A stretch of DNA of 44,002 nt from Kiritimatiellia bacterium (GCA_017613085.1 JAGAEL010000174.1:1-44002), one strand, 5' to 3'. Counted from the stretch's first letter, positions 15,737 to 24,434 are shown. Translations and numbers: made by a program. Notes: generated by a model not told the origin, from the sequence alone.

Positions 15737-15913
15737 CTCGCGATTGCGGACGCGACGAAGCGCGTCCCTCCCTTTGCGACCTTTGTGTTCTTTGCGGCAA
15801 AAAAAATACAGTCCTGAACGGGCAAGCTGCCCGTTCTACCGCGATGCGGACGCGGCGAAGCGCGTCCCTCCCCCTGTTCGCCGTCGTGAGGTGTTTGCAC
15901 GATTCGCGGATGC
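15737..15913. repeat. Extragenic repeat locus C
   Basis: Two reverse-orientation units CGCGAT(T)GCGGACGCG(A/G)CGAAGCGCGTCCCTCCC have hairpins at 15748-15767 and 15848-15867, exactly 100 bp apart. Other modules are GCGACCTTTGTGTTCTTTGCGGC (15776-15798), a perfect 9-bp-stem hairpin GAACGGGCA-AGC-TGCCCGTTC (15816-15836) and the 17-mer GCACGATTCGCGGATGC (15897-15913). Confidence 0.8.
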
Positions 15914-15938
15914 CCCGTTTCCAGCCGAAATATGGTAC

Positions 15939-15967
15939 TTGACTTGCGGGGGGGGATATGCTATCGT
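15939..15967 (+). promoter_or_regulatory. Predicted sigma70-type promoter of the LamG giant gene, with a G8 tract in the spacer
   Basis: TTGACT (15939-15944), 17-nt spacer TGCGGGGGGGGATATGC, then TATCGT (15962-15967). The G8 run is 15948-15955. Confidence 0.5.
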
Positions 15968-16052
15968 GGTGTTTTTAGGGCGGGATTGTGTCGCCTGAAT
16001 GGTCGGTGCGGAATCCCCGTCAATTTTTGGTTGCGGTAAAAAGGACGAGTAC

Positions 16053-19000
16053 ATGAACCTGAACAAACGGATAGCAATCGCGGCGGTCGCGGCAAGCGCG
16101 ATGGCGGCGCATGGGCGCTCGCTCATCCACTACTTCGACTTCGACACGTTGAACGGCAGTGGCCTTGCGTACACGGACGTTGACAAGGGCACGTCCCCGG
16201 CAGACTTCACGCTCAAGCAGAACGGGACGGCATACGCGCCGTACACGTCCGGTGCGCTTGGGTCTGATCATGCGTTCTATTCCAGTTCCAAAACTTCAAT
16301 CTGGCTCGGCGACGGTTCCGCCTCGCTCGGCTGTGGCACGACCCAGGGCTTTACCATCTCGTTCTGGTGCAAACCTTCTGCCTCGCACGAAGCATGGTCG
16401 GACTTCTTCGGTTTCCGTGTAGGCGGCATAAGTTACCGTTTTGAGTACTCCACAGCCAACAGTTCCGCGTTCACCCTCTACTCGTCCACATCAGATCTGC
16501 TGAGTCCTGATACAGGAGAATTCTTTTACTATTCAGGTGCAGCGGCAAATGTCTGGCATCATTTTGCAATCGTGGCGACGCCAAACGGCACGAACTCCCT
16601 TGGCACCTGCGCATTCTTTGTCAATGGAAGAAAGGTCGGGGATGTTCTGCTGAGGGGGACCGGCGACCTTCAGCAGATCAACATCGGCACATGGCAGCGT
16701 GAGGGCAACGGCAACGACCGCAAGAAAGGCGCCAACAACACGGGCATTGACGAAGTGGCCGTGTTCGACTATCCCGCTACCGTGGAACAGCTCAAGTGGC
16801 TTGCGAAGTACAAGCCCGCGCAGCCCGCAAACGGCCCCGGACGCGCCATGCCGATTTGCTGGCTTCTCGACACGGCCTCCCAAGGCACTGAAGGGTCGGG
16901 TACAGGCGTAAAGGCGACGAACTCCGGTACGGGGACGTGGGCGGCGTACAAGTGGAGATACGCCGATTACGCGAAATATACTGCGCCCGGCGCCTTGGGC
17001 TCCACATACGGGTTTGAACTCAACAACAGATGCACGCTTCGTGTGGACAGTAGCGCGGCGGACGGACTCGGCGCGACGCTCGGCTCCGGCATGACGGTCT
17101 CTTTTTGGGTCAAGGCACCGAACACGATGACGAGGCTCTGGCGCGATCTCATGTCCTTCCGCGTCGGAAACCGCTACGAGCGTTTCGAGTGGGACGTGTC
17201 GAATCCCATCGGGTTCTGCATATACGGCACGAATAACAGAGCGGGCGATCCCAGCCCTAAAGCCGTTACGCTTACGGCGAATACGTGGCAGCACATCTGC
17301 ATGACATGGAACGAGGCCGAATCCCGTTTCGATTTCTACCGCAGCGGCGAGAGGCAGGGACACCATGTGCCAATCAGTTCTTATTCCGCATCCGAAGCGC
17401 TGAAGTCGTTTATGATAGGTGAGCTGTCGTTCACAGCAACGGGCGACAATAGGGAAAATGGCTACGAAGCCAATGTGTTTCTCGACGAGGTGGCGATATT
17501 CAACCACTCGCTTTCGCCAAGCCAGATTGCATGGCTCGGCACGCACGTTCCCTGCCTGCCGCCGCTCGATGCGACGAACCTCGTGCGCACGGTGTCGGCA
17601 AGCGGCGCGTGGGCGGGTGGCCTCGCCTCGTGGACGGTGAGGGAATGGGATGAAGTCGGCGAGACGTGGACGAACACGACTCGCACCACGATCTATCCAA
17701 CGCTCGAAGATACTGAAGTCGAAGTGGCGGTAACGCTCGCGGATGGCGTGGAACTCACCAACGACACTTTTGTGACGCCGAAAAAGCTCGCATTTGCGGT
17801 CGCGGCAAGCGCGACCCTCCCGGTGGCCGCTACGTTGAAAGCCGCAGCCGATTCGCGCTTCGCGCCGCAGTCTCTTGAAATCGGCAACGGTCTCCAGCTG
17901 ACCGTGCCGCTCTACGCCGTGAACGCAAGCGGAACGCTCACGCTCGGCACGGGATCGAAGATCGTATTCGACGTCTCCAACTACGACGGCGGCGATGCCG
18001 CGCTCGTGACGGACGGCATCGCGCTACCTACTGGCGAGACGGACGCCGACATCCTTTCGCACTTCGCCGTGACGGATGCGCGGTTCGCGCTTTCGCTCTC
18101 CGCCGACAACAAGACCGTGTATGCGAAGCTGGACAGCGTTGCCGCGACGGCGGTGTGGGTTGGCTCTGCGGACGGCGCGCTCGATTCCGCCGCCAACTGG
18201 GAGTGCCGCAACGGTGCGGGCGCGTTGCTTTCCGATGCGCTTCCCTGCGAACTGACGCGGGTGGTTGTAAGCGGTTCCGCGCCCCTCAACGTGCCGGAGG
18301 GCACGACGATCCCGTGGTCGTATCTCCGTTTCGAGGCGGACGACGTATCGCTCTCGCAGGACTGCGACTGGCGCGGTCTTGGCGATGTCGTCGTGGTGCC
18401 GTCGGGCAAGACGGTCGATTTGAACGGAAAGAAACTCTACGTCAACGCCTTTGACGGCGAGGGCACGGTCACGTCCGGCACGGCAGGCGGCGAACTTCAC
18501 ATCGACGTACCGGCGAATACGACATACGAAAACGGCCCCGTGACGTTCGCAGGTTCGCTCAAACTTGTCAAGGAAGGCCTTGGGACGCTGTTCACGACAA
18601 AAAACGGGCATACGTACACGGGCGGGACGGCTGTAGATGCTGGAATCCTCAAGGGCGGGGCATGGCGCGCCGACATGGGGTCGCTGGGCGCGAACGGTAG
18701 CACGATAACCGTGAACGAGGAAGGAACGATAGACGTGAACGGACATGTGGAGTACCACGATTACAAACTTGTGTTGAACGGCGGAACAATGAAGAACGGC
18801 GCGGCGGTCGCTCTCTCCAACTGGGCGCAGTGGTCAAATGTCAGCCTCGAGGATGATTCCACATTCGAACTCATCTACGGATACGGACTTTACGGAGCGA
18901 GTTCGGGGGCGACAACGCTTGACCTCGGCGGCCATACGCTGACCGTCAATCTCTGGCAGTCGCAGAACTTCCTTCTCTACCACACGACGGTCAAGAACGG

Positions 19001-19553
19001 GACGGTGGACGTGACGAACGGCGGCTATCTCGTGGCCGACAGGACGGAAGTCGTCGCGACGAATGCGGACTTCCGCATCAGGTGCGCGTTGAACGTCAAA
19101 GTCCCGTTCTCCGTGCGTAACTACGAGGCGGTCTATCCATACAACTACAATCAAGGCACGGCGGCGATGAACGTCTATGGCGTGTTCAAGCCGGTGACGA
19201 ACTTCTACTACGGCTGCACGATGCAGAACGGCTCGACGATGGACCTGCGCGCGTGGCCGGCGGATTCGGGCTGGCCGATGTACTCACGTTTCACGAGCGG
19301 GAAGAAGGATCTTGGCTTCGCGTCCGGCACGGCGGAGTCGCCGTCGGTCGTGAACGTGAACCTGGCGGGGCGGACGGATCACAAGGCACTTGCGAAGAGC
19401 GAGACCCCGTACATCGTCACATGGAGTGGGCGGCCGGAGAACGTGAAGTTCGTCCTCGACCCGCAGACGAAGGCGGACGGGTACAGGCTCGTGCCCGAAG
19501 CGGCGGGGCTTCGGCTCCACCGCTATGCGGGCTTCATCATCCTTGTCCGCTGA
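16053..19553 (+). CDS. Giant secreted LamG/concanavalin-like protein with autotransporter-associated beta-strand repeats (1166 aa)
   Basis: ATG at 16053 gives MNLNKRIAIAAVAASAMAAHG (signal). There are at least two Laminin_G_3-type modules (GFTISFWCKP...IDEVAVFDYPATVEQLKWL; GMTVSFWVKAP...LDEVAIFNHSLSPSQIAWL). The C-terminal half has PATR-like repeats (KEGLGTLFTTKNGHTYTGGTAVDAGILKGG). Confidence 0.85.
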   Translation: MNLNKRIAIAAVAASAMAAHGRSLIHYFDFDTLNGSGLAYTDVDKGTSPADFTLKQNGTAYAPYTSGALGSDHAFYSSSKTSIWLGDGSASLGCGTTQGFTISFWCKPSASHEAWSDFFGFRVGGISYRFEYSTANSSAFTLYSSTSDLLSPDTGEFFYYSGAAANVWHHFAIVATPNGTNSLGTCAFFVNGRKVGDVLLRGTGDLQQINIGTWQREGNGNDRKKGANNTGIDEVAVFDYPATVEQLKWLAKYKPAQPANGPGRAMPICWLLDTASQGTEGSGTGVKATNSGTGTWAAYKWRYADYAKYTAPGALGSTYGFELNNRCTLRVDSSAADGLGATLGSGMTVSFWVKAPNTMTRLWRDLMSFRVGNRYERFEWDVSNPIGFCIYGTNNRAGDPSPKAVTLTANTWQHICMTWNEAESRFDFYRSGERQGHHVPISSYSASEALKSFMIGELSFTATGDNRENGYEANVFLDEVAIFNHSLSPSQIAWLGTHVPCLPPLDATNLVRTVSASGAWAGGLASWTVREWDEVGETWTNTTRTTIYPTLEDTEVEVAVTLADGVELTNDTFVTPKKLAFAVAASATLPVAATLKAAADSRFAPQSLEIGNGLQLTVPLYAVNASGTLTLGTGSKIVFDVSNYDGGDAALVTDGIALPTGETDADILSHFAVTDARFALSLSADNKTVYAKLDSVAATAVWVGSADGALDSAANWECRNGAGALLSDALPCELTRVVVSGSAPLNVPEGTTIPWSYLRFEADDVSLSQDCDWRGLGDVVVVPSGKTVDLNGKKLYVNAFDGEGTVTSGTAGGELHIDVPANTTYENGPVTFAGSLKLVKEGLGTLFTTKNGHTYTGGTAVDAGILKGGAWRADMGSLGANGSTITVNEEGTIDVNGHVEYHDYKLVLNGGTMKNGAAVALSNWAQWSNVSLEDDSTFELIYGYGLYGASSGATTLDLGGHTLTVNLWQSQNFLLYHTTVKNGTVDVTNGGYLVADRTEVVATNADFRIRCALNVKVPFSVRNYEAVYPYNYNQGTAAMNVYGVFKPVTNFYYGCTMQNGSTMDLRAWPADSGWPMYSRFTSGKKDLGFASGTAESPSVVNVNLAGRTDHKALAKSETPYIVTWSGRPENVKFVLDPQTKADGYRLVPEAAGLRLHRYAGFIILVR

Positions 19554-19574
19554 ACCGGTTTCCGTGTCCGCGAA

Positions 19575-19604
19575 GGGGCGGTCGCCGCCGCCCCGAATTT
19601 TCTT
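19575..19604 (+). terminator. Rho-independent terminator after the LamG gene
   Basis: GGGGCGG-TCGCCG-CCGCCCC (19575-19594) followed by GAATTTTCTT. Confidence 0.65.
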
Positions 19605-19625
19605 CGCCGTCCCCTCCATTTAAGC

Positions 19626-19654
19626 TTGACGGGGGGGATTTTGCGCACTATGCT
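19626..19654 (+). promoter_or_regulatory. Predicted sigma70-type promoter of the TPR/ExbBD operon, with a G7 tract in the spacer
   Basis: TTGACG (19626-19631), 17 nt, then TATGCT (19649-19654). The G7 run is 19631-19637. The -10 element ends only 9 nt before the ATG at 19664. Confidence 0.55.
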
Positions 19655-19663
19655 GTTCGCACT

Positions 19664-22600
19664 ATGACAGACAAGTGTGCCATCTTCATTTGCGGTTTGC
19701 TGGCTGTCGCCCTGGCCGGGCCCGTCCGGGCCCAGGAAACGGCGGCCGAGGACAACATCAAGGAGGAGTTGGAGTACATCCGGCTCCTACAGGAAATGCG
19801 TATGCCGGATATTGCCGAGGAGGTGATCAACGACCTCAAGGCGAAGCGCCCGGACGCGGTCGCGCAGTTGAAGGTCGCGGAGGTCCAGGGCCAGCTGGCC
19901 CTCGGCAAATTCGACGAAGTCCAGAAGCGGATCGACGCGATTCCGGACAAGAAGGGCCTGGAGTTCTGGGCGTTGACGCTCGCCAAGGCGAATGCGTACT
20001 ACGGGCGCCAGCAGTACAAGGAGGTGGACAAGCTCTACCTCGCGTTCTTCGCGCAGTTCAAGGATCCGAAAGTCAAGGTCCCCGACACGTTCACCACCTT
20101 TTACCGCGATTCCGCGTACGCCTACGCGCAGATCCTGTTGAACACCGGGCGCGACAAGGATGCGCTGCAGGCGTTCGAGCGGCTGTCGAAGGTCAAGCTG
20201 GAGGAGTACACGGAACGCCAGGTGCTTTCGGACAAGGCGGAACTCTGCCTCAAGCTCGCCTCGCTGGAGTCCAACGCGAAGGAAAAGGCGGGATACCTCG
20301 CGCGGGCGAACGCCTATGCGGACAAGCTGCTCTGGAACCAGGACGTCTTCTTTGGCAAGGCGATCGTCTATAAGATGCACATCGCCATGTTGCGCGGCGA
20401 CATCAAGAAGGCGCAGGAGCTGGAAGAGACCTACATGCCGCAGTTGAAGCTCATCCACGACGCCCTCCGCAAAGACGAGGAGGACGGCGCGCAGGGGCTT
20501 CTCCGCATGAGCCCGATGCCCCAGTGCCGTTACCTGCTGGGCATCATCCGCGAGAAACAGGCGTATGCCGAGGCGAAGAAGCCCAAGCCGGACGAAGAGT
20601 TGATCAAGACGATGATCCTCGGCGAGCGCAATCCCGCAACCAAGAAGCGCGACGGGAAGGGCGCCTACCAGCACTTCCTCAACGTCTTCATCCGTTTCCC
20701 GGAGAGCCAGTGGGCGAGCGACTGCGGCCAGCACGCCGAGGAGCTGCGCGCGTTCGTCAAGGAACGCTACGGCGCGGATCTTCCCGCGAAAGTCACCGCC
20801 GAGCAGATGACGAAAGTCCGCCGGATGCAGTTCGCCGACGCGGCCCAGACCTTCGGGCAGAACCAGTTCCCCCAGGCCATCGAGAAGTATGAAAAGATCC
20901 TGGCGCAGTTCCCCGAATCGCCCGAATCGGTGCCCGCCCTGGGCGACCTCGTGATCAGCTACATCGAGGACGGCGCGGCGCAGGACTGGTACAAGGCGCT
21001 TGCCGCCGACACGGTGACCGCCCACCTCGCGGACCGTTTCTGCAAGAACCGGCAGCTCGCCAAGGATGCGGGCGACCAGCTGCGCCGCATCGCCGAGCAT
21101 TACGGGGAGAACGGGCAGAAGGACAAGCAGAGCGAGACCTACGAGCTGTTCTTCCGGAACTTCCCGACGCACCACGCGGCCGGCGCGCTGGTGATGTCGT
21201 TCGGCGAGCGCGAGTTCGCCGCGAAGAACTTCTCGTCCTCGATGCATTATTTCCGCACGATCGCGGAGGTCTACACCAATTCCCCCTACTACTTCGACGC
21301 GCTCAACCGCATCGCCCAGATCTACAAGGAAGAAGGAGACCTCCCGAAGGCGATCGAGGCGACGGGCGACTACGTGGCGAAGGTCGCCCGGCGGCCCGAC
21401 CCCGGGCACGCCCTCATCCTCGGCCTCTTCAAACTTGCCGAGACGCAGCGCGAATACGGCGATTCGTTCTTCAAGGCCGCCGAGACCAACGAGACGCTGA
21501 CGGCCGAGGAGAAGACCGCGCTCCAGGCGGAGGGGCAGGGGTGGCTGGTCAAGGCGGTGAAGGGGTTCAACGCCATCAACAAACAGCTCGCCACCCCGGA
21601 GAAATACCAGCGCAACGCCGAAGAGGCCGAACGGAACAAGCTGCTCCACGAGACCGCCTCGTTCACGACGCCGCTCTGCCTCATGCGGCTGAAGTCGCCC
21701 AAGCCGGATATGCAGAAGGCGTTGCGCACCCAGGCGATCAAGTCGTTCGAGAAGTACGTCGAACAGTTCCCGGCGGGGAAGTACGCCGCCAAGGCGCTGC
21801 TGCAGATCGGGACGCTCTACACCGTCAACGAGGATGTTGAAAGCGCGCAGAAGGCGCTCGACCGCCTCGCGAAGGACTACCCCGACAGCGAGGAGGCGAA
21901 GAACTCCGTCCCGATGCTCGCCGAAACCCTCATCGAGATGGGGCTGCGCGGCGAGGGCGTCGCGAAGTACCGCCAGATGTTCGCCGCCGGCGGCAAGTAC
22001 ACCGAGCGCGAGTTCCTGAAGGCGGGCGAGGCGCTGGAGAACGCCCGCGAGTACGACATGGCGATCCAGGCATACGATAAAGTCGCCGCCGCGAAGGAGG
22101 TCTCCTACAAGGCCCGCGCCGTGATCGGCCGCGCCCGCTGCCTTTACGGGTTGAAGCGCTACGCCGACGCCCACAAGGCGATCGACGACTTCCTGAAGGA
22201 CAAGGCGCTTTCCCGGACGCAGCAGCTGGTGGACGCGAACCTGCTGTTGGTGGATGTCGCCTCCGAGGAGGGCAAGACGGAGAAGAACGACAAGGTGCGC
22301 GTGTCGCTCTTCAACAACGCGGTGGACGCCCTGATGACCGTCCGCGCCTACCGCCGCCCGCGCGACGAGAAGGGCAAGGAGCTGCCGGCCGCGAAATGGA
22401 CGGAGGCGCAGCGTGTCGCCGACGCCGAGCTGCGGTTGAAGTCCGCCGAGGTCGTGCTGCGCAGACTGGACGCCGAGAACAAGATGGGGTTGAAAGAACA
22501 GGCCGCCAAGACGCGCGGCGAGGCGATCGTCGCCCTCCAGGGCATGTTGATGAGCATGGACACGCGCGCGTCCGCGCTCGCCCCGGTTGTCGAAAAGGTT

Positions 22601-22744
22601 TACTTCGACTGCATCCCGCTCTTGCTCGACCACAAGAAGAACAAGGACGCGGAGGAAGACTGCCAGACCTACCTGAAGCTCTTCCCGGCGGGCAAGTACA
22701 AGAACGACGTGGAGACGTGGCTGAATCAGGCCAAGATCCAGTAA
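19664..22744 (+). CDS. Giant secreted TPR-repeat protein (1026 aa)
   Basis: ATG at 19664 gives MTDKCAIFICGLLAVALAGPVRAQE (signal peptide). The rest is helical-repeat TPR-like sequence throughout (recurrent A..Y/F......A...F..L...YP patterns). The track ORF start at 19253 overlaps the LamG gene and encodes Arg/Gly-rich junk. Confidence 0.8.
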   Translation: MTDKCAIFICGLLAVALAGPVRAQETAAEDNIKEELEYIRLLQEMRMPDIAEEVINDLKAKRPDAVAQLKVAEVQGQLALGKFDEVQKRIDAIPDKKGLEFWALTLAKANAYYGRQQYKEVDKLYLAFFAQFKDPKVKVPDTFTTFYRDSAYAYAQILLNTGRDKDALQAFERLSKVKLEEYTERQVLSDKAELCLKLASLESNAKEKAGYLARANAYADKLLWNQDVFFGKAIVYKMHIAMLRGDIKKAQELEETYMPQLKLIHDALRKDEEDGAQGLLRMSPMPQCRYLLGIIREKQAYAEAKKPKPDEELIKTMILGERNPATKKRDGKGAYQHFLNVFIRFPESQWASDCGQHAEELRAFVKERYGADLPAKVTAEQMTKVRRMQFADAAQTFGQNQFPQAIEKYEKILAQFPESPESVPALGDLVISYIEDGAAQDWYKALAADTVTAHLADRFCKNRQLAKDAGDQLRRIAEHYGENGQKDKQSETYELFFRNFPTHHAAGALVMSFGEREFAAKNFSSSMHYFRTIAEVYTNSPYYFDALNRIAQIYKEEGDLPKAIEATGDYVAKVARRPDPGHALILGLFKLAETQREYGDSFFKAAETNETLTAEEKTALQAEGQGWLVKAVKGFNAINKQLATPEKYQRNAEEAERNKLLHETASFTTPLCLMRLKSPKPDMQKALRTQAIKSFEKYVEQFPAGKYAAKALLQIGTLYTVNEDVESAQKALDRLAKDYPDSEEAKNSVPMLAETLIEMGLRGEGVAKYRQMFAAGGKYTEREFLKAGEALENAREYDMAIQAYDKVAAAKEVSYKARAVIGRARCLYGLKRYADAHKAIDDFLKDKALSRTQQLVDANLLLVDVASEEGKTEKNDKVRVSLFNNAVDALMTVRAYRRPRDEKGKELPAAKWTEAQRVADAELRLKSAEVVLRRLDAENKMGLKEQAAKTRGEAIVALQGMLMSMDTRASALAPVVEKVYFDCIPLLLDHKKNKDAEEDCQTYLKLFPAGKYKNDVETWLNQAKIQ

Positions 22745-22765
22745 CCCTTTTTTGGAGAACACACG

Positions 22766-23530
22766 ATGAAAAAAATGGCGATGATAGCGGTGGCGGCGTT
22801 GACCGCCGGGGTTTCCCTGGCCCAGGTGCAGGGGTTGATCATCCAGCAGAGCGGACAGCAGATTGCCGGAAAGATCCAGTGGCGGAACAGTTCCAAGGCG
22901 TACACGGTGGAACAGAAGGGCGGCGTGGTCGTCGAAATCGAGCCGGAGAAGGTGCGGGAACTGAGAATCCCCGAACCGCCCGCGCTGCGGAAGGCGATCG
23001 CCGAGAGCGACATCGCCGTGCTCACCAAGCTGATCAAGGAGTACGCCCACCTGAACTGGGACACGGTGGCGACGCGCCACCTTGCGGAGAGTTACCTGAA
23101 GCGGGGGGACGCGAAGGCTGCCCGCGAGATCTGCGAGAAGGTCGTGGCCGCCAACCCGGAGGCCGCCTACCTCGGCGAGATGGCGCCCGCCTACTGGACG
23201 GCGCTGATCAAGTGCGACCGCTCCGCGAAGGCGGAGGAGTACATCGCCAAGGCGATCCAGTCCGGCGACCGGCGTTCGAGCGCGTTCGCGCTGAACCGGC
23301 GCGGCGACCTGATTTTCGGTTCCGGGGATTCGCCGGAGGCCGCCCGCAAGGCGTTGCGCGACGGCTACCTCCGGGTGGTCACGCTCTACCGCGATGTCAA
23401 GGACGCGCAGCCGGAGGCGCTGTACAAGGCCGCCCGGTGTTTCGACACGCTGAAGCAGACGGGGCGCGCCGACACCTTCCGCACCAGGCTGCAGAGCGAG
23501 TTCGCGTCGTCCGAGTGGGCGAAGAAGTAG
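22766..23530 (+). CDS. Secreted TPR-like protein (254 aa)
   Basis: Signal peptide MKKMAMIAVAALTAGVSLAQ and a GGAGA RBS. The C-terminal two thirds are helical-repeat (AESYLKRGDAKAAREICEKVVAANPE...). Confidence 0.7.
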   Translation: MKKMAMIAVAALTAGVSLAQVQGLIIQQSGQQIAGKIQWRNSSKAYTVEQKGGVVVEIEPEKVRELRIPEPPALRKAIAESDIAVLTKLIKEYAHLNWDTVATRHLAESYLKRGDAKAAREICEKVVAANPEAAYLGEMAPAYWTALIKCDRSAKAEEYIAKAIQSGDRRSSAFALNRRGDLIFGSGDSPEAARKALRDGYLRVVTLYRDVKDAQPEALYKAARCFDTLKQTGRADTFRTRLQSEFASSEWAKK

Positions 23531-23657
23531 GTTTTTTTCGGGATTTCCGCCCGTGTGGGCGGGGAATGTGCGAAATCCCTCCGGGTGGAGGGGCGGAACA
23601 CGTTCCGGGACATACGTTCAGACAAACGCAACGAGAGAGAGAAAGGTTCATTCGAGT

Positions 23658-24434
23658 ATGAAAAAAGTGGTTTTGGCAATGATGTTCGCCATCGGGATGT
23701 TCGCGGGTTCCGTGAGTTTCGCGCAGGACGAGGCGGAGACTGCCGCCAAGGCGGCGGAGGGGCAGCAGCTCCAGCAGACCGAGCCGTCGAAGAAGAAGCA
23801 GACGGGCTTCATGGACGTGATCCTGGGCAGCGGCTGGCTGGGCGTCGTCCTCTGGCTGGCGCTCTTCGGGTGCGGCGCGTTCGCGATTTACTTCATCGTT
23901 GACAGCGCCGTCATGGTCAAGCCCAACAAGATCATTCCGCAGCGCCTGATCGACAGCGTGAAGAACGGGATGGCCGAGGGCGACCCCGACAAGGTGTTGA
24001 AGGTCATCGCGAGCGAGCCCGGCCCGATGGCGAACATCCTCTCCGCCGGCTTCTCGCACCTGGGCGAGGGCTTCGACGTGATCCAGGACTCCATCGGCGC
24101 GGCCGCCGACCTGGAGACGGAGCGCATCATGCAGCGCCTGAACTGGATTTCCGTCTGCTCGAACCTCGCCCCGATGCTCGGGCTGCTCGGCACGGTGCAA
24201 GGCATGATCATGTGCTTCAAAACGCTGGCTACCGGCGCCCCCGACATCGGTGCGCTCGCGATGAACATCTCCCAGGCCCTGTGGACGACGGCCGGCGGCC
24301 TTGTCGTGGCCATTCCCGCCGTCGCGTTCTACTACGGCATCCGCAACAAGGCGAACCGCCTGATCCTCCGCATGCAGGCACTCACGATCGAACTGATCAA
24401 GGATCTGCGCAACGTAGAGGTTGTCCAGGAGTAG
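23658..24434 (+). CDS. exbB: MotA/TolQ/ExbB proton-channel family protein
   Basis: ATG at 23658 (MKKVVLAMMFAIGMFAGSVSFA). Three TM segments and the conserved C-terminal channel region APMLGLLGTVQGMI...ALWTTAGGLVVAIPAVAFY. Confidence 0.88.
   Translation: MKKVVLAMMFAIGMFAGSVSFAQDEAETAAKAAEGQQLQQTEPSKKKQTGFMDVILGSGWLGVVLWLALFGCGAFAIYFIVDSAVMVKPNKIIPQRLIDSVKNGMAEGDPDKVLKVIASEPGPMANILSAGFSHLGEGFDVIQDSIGAAADLETERIMQRLNWISVCSNLAPMLGLLGTVQGMIMCFKTLATGAPDIGALAMNISQALWTTAGGLVVAIPAVAFYYGIRNKANRLILRMQALTIELIKDLRNVEVVQE

Noticed and set aside
16533-18758. 337-aa and 244-aa minus-strand ORFs inside the LamG gene; likewise 39848-40756, 40632-41732 and 41763-42611 antisense to the superoxide reductase and radical SAM genes
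   Set aside because: These are antisense shadow ORFs in high-GC coding sequence. They have no motifs or RBSs, and each overlaps a gene with strong family signatures.
19253-19663. The upstream extension of the TPR ORF (track start 19253), and similar extensions at 134, 5603, 23553, 27933, 30944 and 40581
   Set aside because: The extensions overlap the preceding genes or terminators and encode Arg/Gly/Pro-rich sequence. An internal ATG with an RBS or signal peptide gives the canonical N-terminus in each case.
19787-23080. 1097-aa minus-strand ORF
   Set aside because: It is antisense to the TPR genes. It has a monotonous L/R/G/V/E composition (LLRLLDV..., GRLQPHEAERRRERGGL...) with no domain signatures, while the plus-strand frames have signal peptides, RBSs and TPR periodicity.
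23601-23612. GGAACACGTTCC upstream of exbB considered as a third parS-like site
   Set aside because: Only the GTTCC/GGAAC half-arms resemble parS, and they are in the opposite relative order with a 2-nt centre. It does not match the TGTTNCACGTGNAACA core.
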